Assembly: GCA_001595785.1 (NCBI GenBank)
Contig: LSSJ01000021.1
Location: 5,248-69,247, forward strand
Origin: Euryarchaeota archaeon SM23-78
GTDB lineage: Archaea > Nanobdellota > Nanobdellia > Woesearchaeales > SM23-78
Length of the DNA: 64,000 nucleotides
Direction of reading: 5' to 3'
The notes beneath the pieces were generated by a model. It was not told the DNA's origin and ran no database searches. It saw only the letters and a list, made by a program, of their open reading frames with translations. This document shows, in pieces, positions 57,100 through 64,000 of this stretch. Position 1 is the first letter of the stretch; each line of letters opens with the position of its first letter. The position numbers were made by a program, and so were the translations under genes.

Positions 57100-60000
57100 A
57101 ATCCACCCCATAACAAAAGTCCATCCCAGTAGCAGGAATATCAACAGGTGCATTGCCTGCAAGAGGGTTAAAACGATTCTTAGCAAAAGCAATTATTTCT
57201 CTTAAACTAAGTAAGCTGCCAGAAACACCGCAAGCAGCAGCTCTCCAGCCTTTGAGCACACCTCCAAAGTCAAGGGTTGCACCACCAGGCACCTGATAAT
57301 GCACACACCCAGGCATCACAAACAAGTAAGTAGTTGTTACGCCAAGACCTAAAAGGTTGCTAAAGAACACTCTTTTAATACTTCCAAGAATATTTCCTAG
57401 ATTAGCAGGACCCTCAATCTTATACCTAGCACTCTCAACATACAAGCACATATCTAGATTATACTCAAAATCACAAGCCTCTAAAGGACCTCCTTCCTTA
57501 ACCATCTGCTCAATACAACCAAGACGCTTACACAATATCTGTCTCTCCTTCCTATCATTAAACAAAATAGCAGGAGCACAGAACTTATCATAATGCTTGC
57601 TCTTATAAGGATTATAAATCCAGCTGCCATCATCACCCAAGAAAGCATCTATAGCATTCTGCATCCTGGTGTTAAGATTAAACCATTCTTTATTAGAGCC
57701 ATATAAATCAAAATTCTTAAAAGGATTAGTAACCCTGCCAGTGATTGAGTCTGAGTAAACAACATTACCTCCAAATAATTGGCTAATCCCTTTTTCAAAG
57801 CCCTTATATATCTTAGTATAATCTGTGTAGACTGGATATAACACATCATAAAGAGTGGTGAGCCCATATGCCTTTAAAAACCCATTTTGAACAGTTTTAA
57901 GTGATATAGACAATGAAGGGGTCTGCTTAGAGGGTTGTGGGGGGGTAACCTCATTGCTAACAACAGCTTTATTAGTCGTAGCAGGGTTAGGATTGCCAGA
58001 AGAGGGTGACGAAGGAGTTGTGGGTGAAGGGCCTGGGTATGTAAGTGGGTCTTCAAATACTTCTGGAGCTTGACTTTGGAGATTATTGAATTCTCTTGCA
58101 GGAGGTAAAGGTGTTAAAGGATTCCCTTCCATATCATATTTTTGAGATATTCCATTAGAGTTTGTTATTGTGTAAGTATTATCATCATTGTATTTTTTAG
58201 TGTAGGATACCTTGCCATTATCATCATAATATGCTACTGTTTTCCCGTCTCCTGAGATGTATTGTTTTATTTTGCCATTAGCATCATAGACAGTGACCTC
58301 TCCTGTTTGCCCATTATATATCTGGGTTTCTCCTGTTTCTTTATCTACTTGCTCTATTGTTCCATCTTCATAAACAGTTATGCACTCCTCATCATCACAT
58401 TGCCTGTCTGTAATTATTATATTATTCCTTGTCGCATAATACGCACCTATACTCACACCTATGTCTACATAGGTGTTGAAGTCATATAATTTGCATGTGT
58501 AGATTGCACAGGTTCCTTTTAAGAGTAATCCCACAGTGTTTCCTCCTGTTGGCACCCATCCTTGAGGCCAGGTGAATGAATCAACAAAGTTCTCAATGCC
58601 TGAGAGAAAAGGATTTACTGTGTTCCATATTACTTCTCCTATGCCTAGTGGTTCAAGAGCAACGCATAAACCCCAAAGAGCTGATTTAAGTGATTGTAGT
58701 ACTTGATTAACCTTGGCTATTCCTTCTGCAAGATTACACAGGGTTCCAAGATAGGTGTACACCTTTGCATACTTATCTATTTGTTTGTCAAGTCTTATTA
58801 TCTGTTTTTTTATCTCATCCACTTTTTTCTGATAAGATTCATTAAGAGTGCCTAAGGGTTGATTAAACACCTCTAGCTCTGCTGTTATGTGTTCTTCTTC
58901 TGGCAAGGTATATATCTTGTTACCATGCTTTATCATGAACTCTTGAGTGCAGTTAACTTTTACCTTATCATCCTCATCCCACTCTTCATCATATTTTAAA
59001 GGAATGATAAGGATTGGTTTTAGGTCTTCATCATTCATCATATAAGCCTGACCTGCCATACCAGGAGTGTCTGAACAATCAACAATGGTAGTCTGCGTTA
59101 TCTCAACATCCTTGTTCTTTTTTATTATCTCAAGAGATAAGGGTGTTTTCACTGTTATCCTACTAGCTGTTCTTCTATCAATCTTAGGCAGCTTTCCCTT
59201 TGTTATTATCTTATCAATTAAGACAGGGACTTGGGCAAGTTCAACACATATACTTACAGGAACACTCTTGATTAACTGGTTACCTGCAAAGTCCTCCACT
59301 ACAAGGTTTAAGTTAGTGTTTATCTCCTGGGCTTTTAGATTGCTTATGCTCAGAGTGCATGCCCAGTTATTACTTGTACCTATTTGTACACAACTAGCTT
59401 TGCTCTCATTATCACTACTAATACCAAGAGTATAAGCACTTGCTGTTACTCCTAAGCTCTGGGCTTCAGTAACATTAAAGGTTATATAAAGGGTTTCTGT
59501 ACTTGTTGGACACTCTGGTGTTGTGTTAATCTCTCCTAATATATTAGGAGGTGTTGAGTCAATCACAATGATTAGGTCTGATTCTGCTGTGAGATGGTTT
59601 CCTAAGTCATCAAAGCCTTCTAAGTTTAGCTTACCACTAAAACTACTAACATCTGCTGTGCAAACCCAGGTCTGGTTATAGGTACAAGCAGCCTGAGTGT
59701 CTTCTATCCTTACCTTGCTCTCATTAAAGCTGCTGCTAGTAGAAATTTCTGCGGTTATCTCATTAGCACCTGATTTTAAGTAGCAGGTATCTTGGTAACA
59801 CTTATCAAGGGCTGGTCCAAGCCTGGTAACACTACCAGCATCATTAACCACTGTGAAGCTTAGCACAAGTGATTGATTAGCACTATTATCCATTTGATCA
59901 GTTGCTTTTACAGTGCATCTTGTGCTACTGCTGGCAGGGCTTAGCTTAATATTTTTAAAAGTGCATATATGTGTGTTGTTCCAGCCTTGTCTTAAACAAT

Positions 60001-60877
60001 CAGCACTAACCCCGCTCTGGTCTTTGCTCCTAGTTTTGTCAAGCTCTGAGAAATTACCACTAGCACTAACACTCATGGTATCCTCTTCAACCACTACTTC
60101 TACATCAACATCTATCACTCTTGAGCTATTAGTTGATATCTTACTAACCACTTCTTTGGTGCCTGCTTGGTAGACCTGTGCACTACTACTAATCTTTGGA
60201 GGAACAGTGTCAATAAACACTTGACTCTCACTAGTATTTGCTACTAGTCCTACATAGTCATAAGCTTTTAGACTAGCATTAACCTTTCCTATAAAGTTAG
60301 GAATGGTTCCAATAAGAAACCCACTAACACTGCACTGCCCTACAAGGTGATTAGTTGTGTTAATAACCTGTCTATTAAGGATTAGTTCTACTTTTTCAAT
60401 TCCAGAACATTTATTCAAGAAGTACTGGTTAGCCTGGTCTGTAATAGCATAACTTGCTTTTACTTTGTTCTTAAGGCTAGTAGGAGTAAACGATGATATC
60501 TTAGGCCCAAGGTTATCCACATAAGCCTCCACATTTTTCTCTGATTGAGACACATCCTCTTTTACAGTAGCGCTTACTTTACCCGTTACATTGGTAATAG
60601 GATGAGTGTATGTGCACTCCCAAGCAGTTGCTGGCTGAATACAAGTCATACTTTCATAAGTATTATTAGTAAAATCAGCTTTTACACTACATTTCATGGT
60701 AGACCTGGTGTTTATCACAAGAGTATCATCAGATCTTGTAATCCCTGGCACTTTATCTGTATCTCCATAAGCCTCTGCTTTGAAGATACTTGCAAATACA
60801 AGAGAGCTAAAAAAAGTCAATGATATTACAAGATAAATCATTAACAATGCTATTAGTTTACTACTCCTCACCTTCAA
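57089..60877 (-). CDS. giant secreted surface protein (1262 aa) with Ig-like repeats, YD-repeat-like stretch, PST linker and Cys-containing C-terminal domain
   Basis: Signal peptide MKVRSSKLIALLMIYLVISLTFFSSLVFA. VTVYDANGKIKQY, VAYYDDNGKVSYT and QKYDMEGNPL (about 58125-58400). Linker PGPSPTTPSSPSSGNPNPATT. Confidence 0.65.
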   Translation of the reverse strand: MKVRSSKLIALLMIYLVISLTFFSSLVFASIFKAEAYGDTDKVPGITRSDDTLVINTRSTMKCSVKADFTNNTYESMTCIQPATAWECTYTHPITNVTGKVSATVKEDVSQSEKNVEAYVDNLGPKISSFTPTSLKNKVKASYAITDQANQYFLNKCSGIEKVELILNRQVINTTNHLVGQCSVSGFLIGTIPNFIGKVNASLKAYDYVGLVANTSESQVFIDTVPPKISSSAQVYQAGTKEVVSKISTNSSRVIDVDVEVVVEEDTMSVSASGNFSELDKTRSKDQSGVSADCLRQGWNNTHICTFKNIKLSPASSSTRCTVKATDQMDNSANQSLVLSFTVVNDAGSVTRLGPALDKCYQDTCYLKSGANEITAEISTSSSFNESKVRIEDTQAACTYNQTWVCTADVSSFSGKLNLEGFDDLGNHLTAESDLIIVIDSTPPNILGEINTTPECPTSTETLYITFNVTEAQSLGVTASAYTLGISSDNESKASCVQIGTSNNWACTLSISNLKAQEINTNLNLVVEDFAGNQLIKSVPVSICVELAQVPVLIDKIITKGKLPKIDRRTASRITVKTPLSLEIIKKNKDVEITQTTIVDCSDTPGMAGQAYMMNDEDLKPILIIPLKYDEEWDEDDKVKVNCTQEFMIKHGNKIYTLPEEEHITAELEVFNQPLGTLNESYQKKVDEIKKQIIRLDKQIDKYAKVYTYLGTLCNLAEGIAKVNQVLQSLKSALWGLCVALEPLGIGEVIWNTVNPFLSGIENFVDSFTWPQGWVPTGGNTVGLLLKGTCAIYTCKLYDFNTYVDIGVSIGAYYATRNNIIITDRQCDDEECITVYEDGTIEQVDKETGETQIYNGQTGEVTVYDANGKIKQYISGDGKTVAYYDDNGKVSYTKKYNDDNTYTITNSNGISQKYDMEGNPLTPLPPAREFNNLQSQAPEVFEDPLTYPGPSPTTPSSPSSGNPNPATTNKAVVSNEVTPPQPSKQTPSLSISLKTVQNGFLKAYGLTTLYDVLYPVYTDYTKIYKGFEKGISQLFGGNVVYSDSITGRVTNPFKNFDLYGSNKEWFNLNTRMQNAIDAFLGDDGSWIYNPYKSKHYDKFCAPAILFNDRKERQILCKRLGCIEQMVKEGGPLEACDFEYNLDMCLYVESARYKIEGPANLGNILGSIKRVFFSNLLGLGVTTTYLFVMPGCVHYQVPGGATLDFGGVLKGWRAAACGVSGSLLSLREIIAFAKNRFNPLAGNAPVDIPATGMDFCYGVDYDD

Positions 60878-60919
60878 ATTAGATTTTAAGAATTGACGTA
60901 TTTAAATGTTGCGATTAAC

Positions 60920-61145
60920 TTTTCGCCCGTTCGCTACGCTCACTACCAAAAGTTAACAAAAGGCAAGCGGTTCCTAGCACAAAAACGTGCCGGAACCCCT
61001 TATAGGCTGAGCAAGGGTGGGTGAGGCCTATTTGCGAGGGCAACATCTACTTTATAATCAAAGCGGAACAGGGGGACGCCCCATCCGGGGAGGTGAAGCT
61101 CTCGGTTAAGTAAACGTGCCTGAGCTGGCCCCACCCTTGCGAAGC
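60920..61145 (+). ncRNA. candidate structured ncRNA B (paralog of 48726-48946), class unknown
   Basis: TATA-like ATTTAAAT lies about 14 nt upstream. It shares the 5' block TTTTCGCCCGTTCGCTACGCTCACTACCAAAAGT and hairpin GGTTCC..GGAACC with element A. In the 3' domain, GCT-GA-GCAAGGGTGGG pairs with CCCACCCTTGC-GA-AGC. Confidence 0.35.
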
Positions 61146-61204
61146 ATAATCATACCAGAACTCAATGCTAATCCTCAATACAAAAATAACAACCCAAATC
61201 AAAA

Positions 61205-61216
61205 AGTTTAAATAAA
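61205..61216 (+). promoter_or_regulatory. TATA-box-like element for hppA (leaderless-type spacing)
   Basis: AGTTTAAATAAA ends about 24 nt before ATG 61240. Confidence 0.35.
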
Positions 61217-61239
61217 TACCTTAACAGCTATGAACTAAA

Positions 61240-63213
61240 ATGGCATCATATATATTCACTTGGGTTTCTGGTTTGGTTGCACTGATAGGGTTGGGTTTTG
61301 CAGTTTACACTGCTCTTTCTCTTAGCAAGATTAAAGTAAGTTCAGAAAAGGTCAAAGAGTTAAGTAGGTTTATTCAAAAAGGAGCAATGACTTATCTTAA
61401 CAAGCAGTACTTGGTGCTTGCACTGTTTGTTATCACTGTATTCTTTGTCATCTTTTTTCTTATTAACTCAAGAACAGCTTGGGCTTTTCTTATAGGATCT
61501 GTGTTCTCTGCTCTTGCAGGCAATATTGGCATGAGGATTGCTACTTCTTCTAATGCTAAGACTGCTGAGGGTTGTAAAAATTCTCTTAACACTGGTTTAA
61601 GAATTGCTTTTTCCTCAGGCACTGTTATGGGTATGTGTGTTGTTGGTCTTGGTCTTTTTGGTGTTTCTCTCCTCTACTTAATCTTTAAGAGCCCTGAAAT
61701 CATTTATGGCTTTGGGTTTGGAGCAAGCTCAATAGCTTTGTTCGCAAGGGTTGGTGGTGGTATCTTTACCAAGGCTGCTGATGTAGGAGCAGACCTGGTT
61801 GGCAAGGTTGAGAAAGGCATCCCTGAGGATGATCCTAGGAATCCAGCTGTTATTGCTGATAATGTGGGTGATAATGTGGGTGATGTTGCTGGTATGGGAG
61901 CTGACTTGTTTGAGAGCTATGTTGACTCTATTATTGCAGCAATGGCAATAGGGGTGCTTACCATATCCATTGCTAATGCTGTTGCTCTTCCAATGATGCT
62001 TGCAGGCCTTGGTATCATTGTATCCATTATCGGAACCTTTTTTGTAAGGGTTGGTAAGCGCAGGAATCCTCATAGAGCTCTTAACAAGGGTATCTTTACA
62101 GCAGCAGCTCTTATGTTTGTGCTTTCCTTTGCATTAATAATTCTTACTTCAGGATTAAGAGCTATTACTGTGTGGTATGCAAGTATTTCTGGCTTAATCA
62201 CAGGGGTGATTATTGGGTTAATCACAGAGTACTACACTGCTGATAATAGAAAACCTGCTCAGGGCATTGCAAAGGCTTCTGAGACAGGGGCAGCAACAAA
62301 TATCATTTCTGGTCTTGCTGTTGGTATGAAGAGCACAGCCATCCCAATACTAGCAGTTGTTATAGCAATCCTGGTCTCATACTATTTTGCTGGTCTTTAT
62401 GGTATTGCAATAGCTGCTGTTGGTATGCTATCCACTCTTGGAATAACTTTAGCAACTGATACTTATGGTCCAGTGGCTGATAATGCTGCAGGCATTGCTG
62501 AGATGAGTAAAATGGGAGGAGTGGTTAGGAAGAGGTGTGAGACTCTTGATGCTGTTGGTAACACCACTGCTGCTATTGGCAAAGGCTTTGCTATTGGCTC
62601 AGCAGCTCTAACAGCTCTTGCATTGTTTGCTGTTTATGGCAAAACAGTGAACTTAAGAGTAATCTCGCTCCTTGACCCAGTGGTTATTGCAGGACTTTTC
62701 ATAGGCGCTCTGCTGCCCTTCTTGTTCTCAGCCTTTACCATGAGTGCTGTTGGCAAAGCAGCCTTTGACATTGTAAAAGAGGTTAGAAGACAGTTCAAGA
62801 GGATTAAGGGCTTGATGAGTGGTAAGGCAAAACCTAATTATACCAGATGCATAGAAATATCCACTAATGCTGCTCTTAGACAAATGATTATTCCTAGTCT
62901 TCTAGCAATACTAGCACCAATAATCATAGGGCTTGTACTAGGAGCAGAGGCTCTTGGAGGCTTACTAGCAGGTGCTATTGCTTCTGGTTTCTTACTAGCC
63001 TTGTTCATGGCTAACAGTGGAGGAGCCTGGGATAATGCCAAGAAATACATAGAAAAAGGCAATCTTGGTGGTAAGGGCAGTGATGCTCATAAAGCAGCAG
63101 TTATTGGAGATACAGTAGGAGACCCTTTCAAAGATACAGCAGGACCCAGTCTTAATATATTGATTAAGCTAATGTCAATCATTGCATTGGTGTTTGCGCC
63201 GATTTTTATTTAG
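61240..63213 (+). CDS. hppA: membrane-bound ion-translocating pyrophosphatase
   Basis: [53 protein letters not shown]. 657 aa with about 16 TM helices. Confidence 0.95.
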   Translation: MASYIFTWVSGLVALIGLGFAVYTALSLSKIKVSSEKVKELSRFIQKGAMTYLNKQYLVLALFVITVFFVIFFLINSRTAWAFLIGSVFSALAGNIGMRIATSSNAKTAEGCKNSLNTGLRIAFSSGTVMGMCVVGLGLFGVSLLYLIFKSPEIIYGFGFGASSIALFARVGGGIFTKAADVGADLVGKVEKGIPEDDPRNPAVIADNVGDNVGDVAGMGADLFESYVDSIIAAMAIGVLTISIANAVALPMMLAGLGIIVSIIGTFFVRVGKRRNPHRALNKGIFTAAALMFVLSFALIILTSGLRAITVWYASISGLITGVIIGLITEYYTADNRKPAQGIAKASETGAATNIISGLAVGMKSTAIPILAVVIAILVSYYFAGLYGIAIAAVGMLSTLGITLATDTYGPVADNAAGIAEMSKMGGVVRKRCETLDAVGNTTAAIGKGFAIGSAALTALALFAVYGKTVNLRVISLLDPVVIAGLFIGALLPFLFSAFTMSAVGKAAFDIVKEVRRQFKRIKGLMSGKAKPNYTRCIEISTNAALRQMIIPSLLAILAPIIIGLVLGAEALGGLLAGAIASGFLLALFMANSGGAWDNAKKYIEKGNLGGKGSDAHKAAVIGDTVGDPFKDTAGPSLNILIKLMSIIALVFAPIFI

Positions 63214-63236
63214 AAAAAATATAAATTATTTTTTAT

Positions 63237-64000
63237 TTACCTTATCTTCCCCTCAACTCCTTTCTCTACTATTAGCTCTTCATCACCTGCTTTCATTACT
63301 TTATCTTCAGAATAAGATTTTCCTTCTTTTGCCCTCATCTTCACACTTTTGAATTCTTCGAGTGTAATGATTTCATTGTTTGGCTTTGCTCCTTCTATCA
63401 GTACTTGTGTGCCTGGCTCTGCTTTCTTAACTGTTACTAAGCCTAGTTTTCCTGCTTTTTCAACAGCTAATAGCATTCCATTTGATTTTTCTCCTCTTAG
63501 CTCTGCTGGCTGCAAATTGGTTACTACAATTATTTTCTTATCTTTTAATTCTTCATTCTTATACCAAACCTTTATTCCAGCAACAATTTGTCTCTCCTCC
63601 CTGCCAAGATCAAGTTTTAGTATGATTAACTTATCAGCTTTGGGATGGTCTTTTACCTCTTTTATCTTCGCAACTTTGAGGTTGAGCAGGTTAAAACCCT
63701 TTTTTTCCTCGCGAGCTTTGCGAGCGAGCAATGAAGATTTTTCTTTCTTTTCTTTTTCTTCTTTTTTACCAACACCACTGAACTGCTCTTTCATCTTCTT
63801 CTTCTCATCATCAACTAACTTATTAAACAACACTTCTGCTTTTCCTATCTTGTGTCCTTTATCCAGGCTAAGAACTCCTAGGTTATCCCATTTCTGAGGT
63901 TCAATATTTAGTTGCTTAAAAATCTTCTCTGATGTGAATGGCAGGTAAGGCTCGCACAGGATTCCTATGTCTTTCACAAGATTAGCAAGGATGTATAATG
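63237..64000 (-). CDS. metG: methionyl-tRNA synthetase, C-terminal part (gene continues beyond the window end)
   Basis: The frame is open to position 64000 (..NLVKDIGILCEPYLPFTSEKIF). C-terminal Trbp111/EMAP-like tRNA-binding domain (LNLKVAKIKEVKDHPKADKLIILKLDLG..GEKSNGMLLA). Confidence 0.85.
   Translation of the reverse strand, partial: LYILANLVKDIGILCEPYLPFTSEKIFKQLNIEPQKWDNLGVLSLDKGHKIGKAEVLFNKLVDDEKKKMKEQFSGVGKKEEKEKKEKSSLLARKAREEKKGFNLLNLKVAKIKEVKDHPKADKLIILKLDLGREERQIVAGIKVWYKNEELKDKKIIVVTNLQPAELRGEKSNGMLLAVEKAGKLGLVTVKKAEPGTQVLIEGAKPNNEIITLEEFKSVKMRAKEGKSYSEDKVMKAGDEELIVEKGVEGKIR
63708..63731 (+). repeat. GA-flanked hairpin repeat, copy 5, inside the metG coding sequence (antisense orientation)
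   Basis: CTCGCGAGCTTTGCGAGCGAGCAA is identical to copy 1. In the metG frame it encodes LLARKAREE within the K/E-rich linker. Confidence 0.7.

Noticed and set aside
61000-61145. Element B 3' domain as 5S rRNA, SRP RNA or RNase P RNA
   Set aside because: The segments CCCCATCC..GGTGAAGC and GGTTAAGT loosely recall 5S loop C. However, loop A/helix II, the SRP helix-8 GNRA-AGCA motif and the RNase P GAGGAAAGUCC / P4 elements are not visible. It needs a covariance-model search, so I make no class call.

Overview
The window has two very different halves. Positions 1 to about 21,850 hold about 29 genes, all on the + strand. Nearly every one has an AAGGAGG-type Shine-Dalgarno 5-9 nt upstream. The content looks diderm-bacterial: lipobox lipoproteins, a TorF/Gcw_chp-like porin, two substrate-binding-like/OmpA_C fusion proteins, a VWA lipoprotein, an XpaC+TelA pair and a NitT/TauT-type ABC transporter. 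From 11.7 to 21.7 kb there follow about 17 small, mostly membrane or secreted ORFs that I cannot assign to any family. This stretch also carries two paralogous structured elements of about 95 nt, a duplicated upstream regulatory block, and eight copies of a terminator-like 'stem + CCYTTYCTCTCTTCAAAA' motif. From about 21,894 to 64,000 the sequence is AT-richer and clearly archaeal, DPANN-like in style. It contains the rpoH-rpoB''-rpoB'-rpoA'-rpoA''-L30e-NusA-S12 cluster, with two multi-intron tRNAs (Asp-GUC, Lys-UUU) directly upstream. Other archaeal genes are RpoL, Elp3, EndoQ, a NOL1/NOP2/Sun methyltransferase, AMMECR1, UppS, a membrane pyrophosphatase, partial MetRS, a P-type ATPase plus CaCA exchanger, and an RHH/PIN pair. 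There are also large Cys-rich surface proteins. The most unusual items are listed here.
- The abrupt bacterial-to-archaeal junction near 21.85 kb.
- A protein next to the RNAP genes that combines a sigma-70 region-4-like HTH with an RNAP alpha-CTD-like domain.
- Two paralogous candidate ncRNA genes of about 220 nt, with compensatory base changes.
- A GA-flanked hairpin repeat family, including one in-frame copy inside metG.
- A four-gene surface-protein operon with YD-like repeats and a pilin-type signal peptide.
All family assignments come from motif recognition by eye. No searches were run.
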